A DNA stretch of 64,000 nt. Source: Azolla caroliniana. Taxonomy: Eukaryota; Plantae; Polypodiophyta. The notes under the pieces were generated by a model that had not been told where the DNA came from, searched no databases, and was given only the letters and a program-made list of their open reading frames with translations. A program made the translations under genes and the position numbers. The stretch spans positions 8,866,001-8,930,000 of the forward strand of contig JBHGNT010000006.1 of the NCBI GenBank assembly GCA_043228905.1, written 5' to 3'. Shown here piece after piece: positions 1-11,144 of this stretch; the first letter of the stretch is position 1, and every line of letters begins with the position of its first letter.

Positions 1-440
1 GATTTTAATGGCATTCTTAGATCTCTACAAATGGTAAAGGTATTCATAGTTTGCACTCTACAACTTTGCGTGAGATTGCATATTCTTGGATTGTTTGTGT
101 CTGATGGAAATGATGCGCATTACTAGAACCCGACAAAACCATGAGATTAAAACCAAATATTTCAAATGTTTACCTCGGTACAAACTTAAGGATTTACGAT
201 TAACCTCCATAAATTACTTCTATTTTGTCATTTCTAAGAGTACATTGAACATGATTGAAAAGACATTTTTGTGTCCTTTAGAAATGTAAGAATTGTATGT
301 AAAAGAGGTGCTCCTAATATTACGGAATCAAAACTAGCAATAAAAAACCCTAATATTCACAACTTAAAACAAAAGTGCTTGTCTACTAAAAGTAAGGCTA
401 CCATGCGTAGGTCACAAGGGAAGAAATCCATGTGCATACA

Positions 441-838
441 CAACAATGGGTTCGGTTCGGTTTCTTGACCTTGAAACCAAACCAAACCATTTATTTATAT
501 TAAGAACTAAACCAAATTGTTTAAATTTTATGAAGCCATTTAAACAAACCGTTTATGAAAAATTTAGAACCAAACCAAATCGGTTTATCATAAATCAAAA
601 CCAAACAAACCTATAAACCGATAAACCTTTAAACCTTCAAAACTTTTAAACCTTTAAACCCAACCACATAAGCCGAAACCAAAAAGCCGTTAAACCGCTA
701 AACCATGAAATTCAAAACCGAACTGGATCATAATATTTGAAACCAAACCAAACGGTTTATTTATCTTTGAACCAATAAACCGTTAAGCCATGGCTTAACG
801 GTTTGGTTTGGTTCGAGTTGAAACCGTGCCCATTGCTA
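441..838. mobile_element. hAT-type MITE (398 bp) with AAACC(G)-rich interior
   Basis: Exact 8-bp TSD TGCATACA at 433-440 and 839-846. Imperfect TIRs CAACAATGGG...CCCATTGCTA. Many AAACC/GGTTT motifs and no ORF. An 8-bp TSD with CAG/TAG-type ends is typical of hAT. Confidence 0.8.
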
Positions 839-2012
839 TGCATACATTGAAGCCCTTTTAACCTTTTGTAATATAATACATGTGTAAATTACAAAAATTG
901 ATAGAAGTTTGAAATTCACTTAAGGATGTCAAGCTCCCGTGTTATGTTTGAAATTTATCAACGTGATCATTTTATTGATAAATGATGGATGTTGACATGG
1001 TAAATGAAAAGTCAATAGCATGTTGATGCCATAAGGGAAGTGATGCATGACCATATGCATGTTACATATGTCTTTTAAAGTCTTTATCGGTGAGGAGTCA
1101 AGACCCCCATTTGAGCCATTCTAGGATTAGTGCTTGAAAATGTTTATAGTTAAATAATATTATTTCCCTTGTACATTTGAAGAATCTTTTATCCATAGAA
1201 TTTTGTCTTCGATAATCATGTGCTTATGGTAGAACCTTGTTGTAGTCATTTCAGGATGAGTGACACATAATGTTCTCTACTAATGTAACATCAAACATTC
1301 ATTGAATATTGTTCATGAATGTTTTGTTTTTCCATGATCATGTTCTTATGACATTGCATAGACAAGTGAATGGTGCCAATAGAAGAAGCTCAAAACCCAA
1401 TAATATTGTGGGGATTAACTATTTCAATGAAGATTTTATTCTCACTCTTCAGACCACTTATATATGGTTTACAACCAAAGTTGTGAGCAATTGACAATTT
1501 CATACGACATCACAGCCAATAACATTCAATTCATATACCATAACTAAAAAATAAATTCCCAAAGCTAAGCTTTATCATTTTTCACTTGGAAATATATTTG
1601 TGACACAAGGAAAATGCACATGTAACAATTTCGGAGGTAATTATATCTTCATCTTCCAAGGTTTTCTTGATGCGTGCAATGGCATCTGCAATTCTCTTGA
1701 GCATGCTTTTAGGGTTTGCCTTTCGGCTTTGCAAGGAGTGCGGGTCGATATACTGCTCGAATATGGAGTGTGTGCACTCTTACTAGCAATGTACACTCAA
1801 ATATAGAAAAAGAAAAGAGGAAGGAATCAATCAATCAGTTGATCAAACAAGCTATACATACTGAATTAAGAAAAAAAAAAACTAGTTATCCTTTTGGTGA
1901 TATATCTTGTCCCTCAAAAATTGAAGTTAAGGGTTGAAAAACTCGCTCTCAATCTGTCTCAGAATTGGAATCTCTGTCTCTCAATCTTTCTCTCTCTCTC
2001 TCTCTCAATCTT

Positions 2013-3205
2013 GCTCTAAAACAAAGATTATGCTTGTGAAGAGCTAAAAAAGAGATAAACTATGCATTATGTACAATAATGAGCCACTTGAATGTGTGGA
2101 AAGCTTCAAATATCTTGGCCTTGAAGTTCCTTCAAATGATAGATGGAATGAATGTGCTACACGCCGCTCAGAGGCGGGCAAGCGAGCATACTATGCATTT
2201 GAGAACACATGCAATCTTGGAGATATTAAGTGTTGGGTCCTCAAGAAATATCTTTTCGACACTTTGGTGACACCGGTTCTTCTCTATGGGGTGGAAGTAT
2301 GGGGCGGTAGCATCCCTAAATATATGTGGAAAGAGTTTGAAAATGTCCAAAAGCATTTTCTTACCAAGTTTCTACAAGTTAAGAAACAAACGCCCTACAC
2401 CCTCCTCCTTGAGACAGGATCACTTCCCATTGAGATCATGGCCATGGAAAGGGTTGTTGAATACATGCTTAAGGTTCAAAAAAGTCCCTCACATCGTCTT
2501 CCTAGAATTGCGTGGGAAGCAAGAAAAAATATCCAAAAGATGCATAAAAGCAAAATTTTGTGTTTCGGTTGGATGCAAGATATAGAAAAATTGTTTGGTA
2601 GATGGGATGCGAGACACTTGCTTCATGATGCATCATTAGATTCCTCTATAAATGAGGCATTTTTGCAACGCTAATGTATCATGACATGGGACAAATGTCG
2701 AGGCCCACGCTTCACACATTATACTACACATGTTGCACCTAACTACAAAACCATATTCTTTACGGAACGGGGAAATCGTACACATCCATACATGTTAGAG
2801 CCCATACCGTTATCTGCCATTCGAACCATTGCTTCCATGCGACTTAACTCACATGCATTGCGATGTGAAATAGGGCGATGGGGTACAAGTGATGAGAGTG
2901 GTCGGCTATGCACACTTTGCCCTAAACAAGTTCACGAGTCTGAGTATCACACTTTATTACAATGATCTGCCTTTAATCATATTCGACCATGCTTTCCACA
3001 TCTCTTCGATCGAGCCCAATCTTTGCATGAATTCCTCTCACAACCACAATGTGCACTCTCGATTGCAACATTCATTGGTAAAGTTCTTGAACATCAAGAG
3101 TCACTACTCACTTTCACATGTATCACGTGAAATGTAATATTTTTGGTCTCATAGGTCATATTTGACCTCCGAAGACGATAATATAATCTATCTATCTATC
3201 TATCT
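2013..3205 (+). mobile_element. 5'-truncated RTE-X-like LINE inserted in the gypsy 5' LTR
   Basis: RT thumb (KTKIM..VESFKYLG..LFDTLVTPVLLYGVEVWG). C-terminal RLNSHALRCEIGRW..RLCTLC..ESEYHTLL zinc motif. (ATCT)n tail at 3186-3205. In-frame stops at ~2672 and ~2963. Confidence 0.8.
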
Positions 3206-3371
3206 TAAATACTTTCTCGCTAAAGCTAGTACAAACTTCGAATCCTTCTGGTCCAGAACCTCGGTGGTTCCACTTCATTTCGCGAATACGCGAGGATTTC
3301 CTCGACATCTTTCTTGGTGAACCCGACGTGAAGAAGCGGTAAGAAGGATCAAGACGAGGATCGACCGATAC

Positions 3372-4100
3372 TTGGAGATGGCATCCTCAAGCCATCAAGC
3401 AGGAGAGTTTGAAAGAATGATGATAATCTTCGAACAAATGATGAGATCTGGGGACAACGATGCGAGCGTGAAGAAGGCTGTTAATCGTGTCGTGGAGGTC
3501 GTGGGTCAATTTGATGGACGGAACATTACGAAGTTCCTTGATGCATACAAAAGGGAGATGAATCAGAGGGACATGTCTGAAGCACGTCAAATCTCAAGTT
3601 TCAAGAGAGTTGTCGCCAACAACGTCCAAAGGCGAGTCATCAAGCTTCAAGAAGGGAAGACAACATGGAATGAGTTCGAGAACGCAATATTAGAGGAGTT
3701 CGTGACGGAAGATTTGTCAAGGATGACTCAACATGTCTTGATGAAGTGGATAGAGAAGAAGAATAAGAAGATGAGCGCCTCGAGGGTGTACGACGAATTC
3801 AACTAGATGTTTAGTCATCTCCCTGCCACATACCAAGTGCTACTTGAGGAGGACAAGACTTTGTACTTCCTAAAAGTTGTGGATATGAAGGATAGATGAG
3901 AATTGGGGACTCTCCTCTAAGATGATACCCAAGTGAACGAGCTTGTGGCAAACTAGGTTGTAGTGAAGAGAGTGTGCAACAAGATCGATAGGCGTCGTCA
4001 ATGGCTTGATGATATTGACTTGGTAAGGTCAAGCGTAGAAAAAACAAGACCATCTAAAGAAGTTGAGCCACCTAAACAAAGCAACCTACATGAAAAGAAG
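3372..4100 (+). pseudogene. Degenerate gag of the Trp-primed gypsy
   Basis: ORF 3372-3806 (VGQFDGRNITKFLDAY...TTWNEFENAILEEF) lies just after the PBS and continues through several stops. Confidence 0.7.
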
Positions 4101-5390
4101 ATTGATGATGACTCGAGGACGAAGAAGGCCACTTCGAGGGAGGATGAATGTTTCGGAACACACATCATGTTCAAAATATCAGATGATTAAGGAGCAAGCT
4201 TAATCGAAGCTTGCATCAAGGGAGATAAAGAGTGTGAGGTCGACATGATAGAGGATCTAGCCACTAAAATCAACATCAAGTAGGTGGCCATGAACAAGAC
4301 CACAAGCGTCGACAACGACCATGCCCACGACTAGGTTTTCTCCGCACTTGTTCTAGAGACTTGGGCAGTTGTGTCCAAGAACCTACATGAGACCCAAGAG
4401 ATAGAAGGTGTCGGCGAGGAACCGATGGTTGAATCTAATACATGCGACGAAGAGAGATGCATAATCGAAGCTTGCTTGAACAAGAGGTTCAACGGGTATG
4501 AGACCCATGAGATTGAAGAGATAGCCACGAGAAATGACATTGAGTCAGAGGTGGCTATGGACAAGTCAATGGCGGATGGTCATGTCGAGGATTCCTTCAC
4601 ACATGTTCCAGAGACTTGGGCAGTTGCTGAGAGCCAACATGAGACCCAAGAGATGGAAGGTGGCAGTAAGGGGAAGGACCAAGACCGTGTGCACAACAAA
4701 GAGGCCGAACAAAGCATAGAAAGGGATAACGATGGCAAATTGGCCATGTGGATCTAAAGGATGTGATCATGACATGTATCGTGGAGGACAATAGGTGCGA
4801 AGCCAATATGATTGATGAAGAAGCCACAAATGACAAGGTCAAGGAGGTGGAACATCACAACAAGGTCAAACAATGAACTCGGTGAGATTTTCTCTACACT
4901 TGATCTAGAGACTTGGGCAGTTGTGTCCGAGAACCAACAGAAGACCCAAGAGAAGGACAGTGGTGGCGAGAAAGCAAGGGTCGAAGCTGATACATGCTGT
5001 TGGGAGACAGGTCCCTCCGGATGGGAAGGGAGAAGAACAGTGTCGAAATCGGATGAGGAGTACCCGGCTACGGAGAGCCGGTGTCATGATATGGCAAGAC
5101 TCGAACCCATGACCTTAGGTTATATGGGTCGAGCTCTTGACCATTATATCATCTATTGTAATACGTAGGATATTATTTTCATTTACATTTTGTTATAGGA
5201 AATCAATGTATATTCCAGATTTCTCTGGAACATTCTAGAAGCTTCAGGATTACTCCTAAGAACACTATAAAAGAGGGCACTAGGCATTATGTTGAACCAA
5301 ATTGGTTCAACGCCAGTCTTTAGCCTCATAGCCCTTTTGTACTTACTCTTCTTATAATATATAATCTGTTATCATCATCTCTCGTCCTCG

Positions 5391-5452
<62 letters not shown>

Positions 5453-5628
5453 TTCTCTTCCTCTCTCGGGAGTCTTACGCAGTCCCGTCCCCTTAGTTCT
5501 AATAGTACTTCCCTTTTCTAGTACTAATTCTCTCTCTGTTTAGTACTATTCCTGACAGTTTGAACCAATTTTTCCTTCTGTCTCTCTCCCTTCATACTAA
5601 TCTCTTATTTCTCTTTTCTTTTCATCCC

Positions 5629-6779
5629 ATGGCCACAGTTAGCGCTCAGGAATATCAATCTGTTTTCTCAGAGTTTCAATGCCTAAAAGAGAAGTTCCTT
5701 GCTTTGGAACAAGAAAATCAACGGTTGTTGGGGGATCTTCAACAAATCTCCTTAGAAAAGCAGCAAACGCAACAACAACATGGGGAACTTGCATTACGCG
5801 TGCAACAACTCGAAGCAACCATCGTAGCGATGCAACAACAAGGCCCCGGAACACAAGGGATTCACAAGGAACCCAAGATTGGCCTTCCCACGAAGTTCGA
5901 TGGAACACGATCGCAGTTTAGAGGGTTCCTTAATCAGGTATGATTAGTTATTCAAATGCATCCTTCCCGATATCCTACCGATGCATCACGAGTGGGTTTA
6001 GTAGGGACGCTGTTAAGTGGCTCAGCGTTGGCATGGTTCGCTCCACTGTTGGAAAAAGAGTCTCCATTACTCAACAAATTTGAAGAGTTTATAGGTGAGT
6101 TTAAAGCATGCTTTGGGGATACTGGCAGCATAAGGACCGCAATCAACAAAATCCGGCGATTACGCCAAGGAGACCGTCCAACCTCTGCATATGCTGCAGA
6201 TTTCCGTCTACTAGCCGCTGACATCCCTTGGGATGATCAAGCGCTGATGGAGCAATTTCGTTATGGTTTACGCAACGATGTCAAGGATTTACTCTTGACT
6301 TTCCCTGAAGAGCCGAAGTCCTTAACAGAAGCAATCAGTCGCGCGGTAAGATGTGATAACCGCCTCTTTGAGCGACGTTCGAAACTACAGCTACAGATGC
6401 CGAGGGCAAGATCAGAGCCCACCTACGCCTCAATGGTAGCAAACCTTTACCCAGGGAGTACTATAATGCGCCTCTAGTGAATACTCCGACTCCGATGGAG
6501 ATTGACACTACACGTTGTCGAGGACCATTATCCGAAGAAGAAAAGCAGAGACGCCGAACAAATCGACTATGTCTCTACTGCGGTGGACCAGGACACATTG
6601 CAATCAATTGTCCCCATAGGCCAAGAAGACAGGTAAACCAAATAGTTGCTAGTTCTAATTGTACTAAACCCGAGCCTATTACAGTAGGGATATCTGATAG
6701 TACTAATAGTACTAATAGCCTAGATCTAGCGAACAAATTTGATGTCCTTAGTCAGTTAGAGGAAGAGTTAAACGACTAA
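5629..6779 (+). pseudogene. gag: Tcn1-like gag (coiled coil, capsid, CCHC knuckle)
   Basis: ATG 5629; PTKFDGTRSQFRGFLNQ; LRQGDR; PMEID; CLYCGGPGHIAINC. Stop at 5941-5943 and a frameshift near 6450. Confidence 0.9.
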
Positions 6780-9700
6780 GTCCAGCCAAAATAGGAGCCG
6801 TTTGGTTGGACAGTCCTAGATCTGTGCAGCCCATTAGTGGTTCCATTCCCTCTAAGCAAGTTAGCAATGTGTTCGTAGCCCAAGTAACAGTTAGTACTAA
6901 AAGTACCCCTCCAGTACACGTCTTAGCACTTCTAGACTCCAGAGCTAATTCTTGCTTTATGGATAGGAATTTTGCCCAAGTTCATCAGATATCTCTTAGA
7001 AAACTTCTGTGTCCAGCCTCTGTAGTCGTCATTGATGGTCGTCCCATTGCTTCCGGAAATATCATAGAAGAGTCAGAACCCGTTAATATTGTCCTAGATA
7101 ACTTAGCATGTGTAGTATCATTTAACATTATTAGTATCCCAGAACATTCCATCGTTTTGGGATTACCATGGTTCGAGTTACATAACCCAGACATAGATTG
7201 GAGAACAAGAGAAATCCAGTGTCGACAAACCCGAGGATCTACTCAGAAGATTGCCACCATTTCACTACATCAGTTGCGGGAAGAAGGACACAAGGAAGAA
7301 ATGTTTCTCTTCGCAATATCACTAAAACCCTCCGACACCATTAAAGAGGAGTCCACCGTTCAGCTTCCAAAGAAGTATCATCATTATGCCGATGTATTCG
7401 ATAAAGTACGAGCCAATACACTTCCTCACCATCGACCATATGATTGCCCCATCGATTTACAACCGGGGAAAGAGCCACCATGGGGACCGATCTACAATTT
7501 GTCACCAACCGAGCTAGAAGTCCTTCGAGCCTATATAGAGGAGAACTTGGAGAATGGATTCATTCGACATTCGAAATCTCTAGCCGGCGCACCCATTTTC
7601 TTCTTCAAGAAAAAGGATGGCTCACTTCGTCTGGTGGTAGACTACCGTGGCTTGAATAAAGTTACAATCCGCAATAGGTATGCACTTCCCCTTATCTCAA
7701 GTCTTTTAGAACGGATCAATGGTGCCAGGTTCTTCACAAAGATCGACTTACGAGGGGCCTATAACCTCGTACGGATCCGACCAGGAGATGAATGGAAGAC
7801 CGCATTCCGCACTAGATATGGGCACTTCGAGTATACGGTCATGCCGTTTGGCCTCACTAATGCGCCAGCCGTCTTCCAACACATGGAAAATGATATATTC
7901 CGAGATCTCTTGGATGTGTGTCTGATCATCTACTTGGATGATCTACTGGTTTATTCAAAGACCGAAGAAGAGCATGATTCTCATGTACTGTTAGTACTAA
8001 AACGACTTCGAGAACATGGTCTTTACGCAAAGCTAGAAAAATGTAGTTTTGGGTGCAACCAGATGGAATTTCTCGGCTACGTCATTTCCTCATAAGGCAT
8101 CTCCATGGACCCAGCTAAGGTCAAGACGGTGGTAGAATGGCAGGCTCCGCGCTCGGTGCGGGATGTGCAATGCTTTTTAGGGTTTGCCAATTTTTACCAG
8201 AAGTTTATACAAGATTACTCAAAGCTCATTCTACCTCTCACACAGCTTACCAGGAAGGGACAATCGTTCGTTTGGTCTGAAGAAGCAGATATGGCTTTCG
8301 AGAGTCTTAAAAAGGCATTTACATCGGCTCCAATTCTAGCTCATGTCGATCCGGAACTACCATTCATTATTGAAGCTGACGCATCGGATTTTGCATTGGG
8401 GAGCATTCTGTCACAACGGGGTCATGATGAGAAGCTACATCCTATGGCTTTTCACTCACGCAAGTTTGACGCCGCCGAAATCAATTACAAAATTCATGAT
8501 AAGGAGCTATTGGCAATAGCGGACTCGTTTATGCAATGGAGGCATTTTTTAGAGGGGTCCTCTCATCAAGTCACTGTATTCAGTGATCATAAAAACCTTG
8601 CCTACTTTCAGGATGCTCGAGTGTTAAATCGACGTCAAGCTTGGTGGGCCCACTTCCTCAGGCGTTTCGACTTCAAAATTACATATCGTCCGGGGAAGCA
8701 CCAAGGGAAGGCGGATGCATTATCACGGCGTTCGTATCTAACACCGCGTCCCGGCGAGTCGGCTTTTGATAACCAAAAGCAAGTAATCTTGGGACCGGCA
8801 CGACTGCAAGCAACACAAGTTTTTGGCATGCCCATGGATTCCCACGTTATCAATATCATACGTGCGGACCTGAAGACAGATGCTTTCGCCCAAGCTATAC
8901 TAGCACAGATTGATCCCTCTCAAGTGTCGTGTTCACAGTCACAACCACCAGGTACGGACTATCGGCAATTCAAATACCATGATGGATTACTCTTCTTTAA
9001 AGAACTTTTGTATGTTCCTAATGGTTCTTGCCGCCTTCGAGTAGTACAAAACTGTCATGACATATATACAGCTGGGCATTTTGGTAGTACTAAAACATTA
9101 GATTTAGTACAACGATCATTCTGGTGGCCCCGTATGCGACAATTTGTCAAAGAGTTTGTTCGGACTTGTGATACATGCTGCAGAGCGAAAATGCCGAGGC
9201 ATCATCCCTATGGTTTATTAGAACCATTACCAATTCCAAGCAAGCCATGGCAATCCATTGCTCTCGACTTCATCACAGATCTTCCAGTCTCTAAGGGGTT
9301 GAATGCGATTCTAACAGTGGTAGATCGATATACGAAGATGGCTCATTTCTTGCCATGTACTAAGGAAATATCAAGTGAAGACACCGCCGAAATTGTCATG
9401 CGTGAAGTATGTCGGCATCATGAACTCCCCGATAGTATCGTCAGCGATTGTGGACCCCAGTTCGTGTCAAAATTCTGGAAGCACCTTTTTAAAATGCTCA
9501 AGGTCACTTATAACCTCTCGTCCGGCTACCACCCACAAACCGACGGCCAAGCCGAACGAACAAATCAAACGCTGGAGCAGTATTTGCGGTGCTTTCTCAA
9601 CTATCATCAGGATAACTGGGTAGATATTCTCCACTTCGCCGAATTTGCCTATAATAACTCTATCCACGCATTGACTAAAGTTTCGCCATTTTATGCTTAT

Positions 9701-10363
9701 ACGGGATGTCACCCTCGGTGGAGTGTACTTGAAACCCCAGAGGTGTCCATAAATCCTTGCGCGGAGGATCGTTTGGAGCAGTTACGCAAGATACAAGCAG
9801 ATTTATGTACTCATCTCCAGCAAGCTCAACAAACACACAAGGTCTACGCGGATCGTCATCGACTTCCATCTAGTTTTAACATTGGAGATCGGGTGTGGCT
9901 GCTACGATGACACATCAAGACTACTCGCCCATGTGAGAAGTTGGATTATCGGCGATTAGGTCCTTTCCGTATTATTGGGAAAATTAATGATGTCGCTTTT
10001 CGTCTCGATCTACCTCCTCAACTTCGGATACATCCAGTGTTTCATAGTTCTCTCCTTGAACCCTATCACGAGAGCACCATCCCAGGGCGTATTATACAAC
10101 CTCCACCCCCGATCGAGCTTGAAGATGGACCGGAGTACGAGGTTGTCGCCATCCTTGATTCCAAGATTGTTCGCAACAAACTCTACTATCTAGTCGATTG
10201 GCTAGGCTATAGTCCCAGCGAACGTACTTGGGAACCGATCGAGAATGTGACCAATGCTCGTGCGCTTCTTGAAGACTTCCATCGGCAATATCCACACAAA
10301 CCGGGTCCTCCATCCAAAACGACTCGTGACACTCGTCGTTTTAAAGGGGGGATAGTGTCATGA
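6770..10363 (+). pseudogene. pol: Tcn1-like pol (PR, RT, RNase H, integrase, chromodomain)
   Basis: LLDSRA protease; KIDLRGAY, YLDD RT; EADASD RNase H; HHCC and GQAER integrase; EYEVVAILDS..YLVDWLGY..TWEP chromodomain. Premature stops at 8093-8095 and 9908-9910. Confidence 0.92.
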
Positions 10364-10664
10364 TATGGCAAGACTCGAACCCATGACCTTAGGTTATATG
10401 GGTCGAGCTCTTGACCATTATATCATCTATTGTAATACGTAGGATATTATTTTCATTTACATTTTGTTATAGGAAATCAATGTATATTCCAGATTTCTCT
10501 GGAACATTCTAGAAGCTTTAGGATTACTCCTAAGAACACTATAAAAGAGGGCACTAGGCATTATGTTGAACCAAATTGGTTCAACGCCAGTCTTTAGTCT
10601 CATAGCCCTTTTGTACTTACTCTTCTTATAATATATAATCTGTTATCATCATCTCTCGTCCTCG

Positions 10665-10702
<38 letters not shown>

Positions 10703-11071
10703 TTCTCTTCCTCTCTCGGGAGTCTTACGCAGTCCCGTCCCCTTAGTTCTAATAGTACTTCCCTTCTCTAGTACTAATTCTCTCTCTGTTTAGTACTAAT
10801 CCTATCTCTATTTAGTATTATTCCTGGCAGCCGGATGGTGCAGACCCGGTATGAACCGGATGAGGAGTACCCGGCTACGGAGAGCCGGATGGTGCAGACC
10901 CGATATGAACCGGATGAGGAGACATATTGGTAAATATGTTTCTGAGAGTCCATTGAGGCTATATTTGTAAATAGGCGAAAAGTCATATTAGTATAAATAT
11001 GACTTAGGGCAAACTTTTAGCAGTTGTTATTGTTATTTCTTGTCTGTGTGAGATCAGAGCGCGTAACAGCG

Positions 11072-11144
<73 letters not shown>

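Larger units (their letters stand above)
5082..10829 (+). mobile_element. Full-length Tcn1-like chromovirus (Ty3/gypsy); LTRs 5082-5557 and 10356-10829
   Basis: TSD GCCGG (5077-5081, 10830-10834). LTRs differ by ~4 substitutions plus repeat-length changes. PPT at 10343-10355. No tRNA PBS. Domain order gag-PR-RT-RH-IN-chromodomain. Confidence 0.95.

Noticed and set aside
850-1610. Possible decayed MULE/SWIM transposase (with 33068-35400) as the host of the L1
   Set aside because: Only vague Cys/His patterns; no reliable motif, TIR or TSD.
3316-3333. tRNA gene
   Set aside because: Only an 18-nt complement of a tRNA 3' end (a PBS); I saw no tRNA or rRNA gene in the window.
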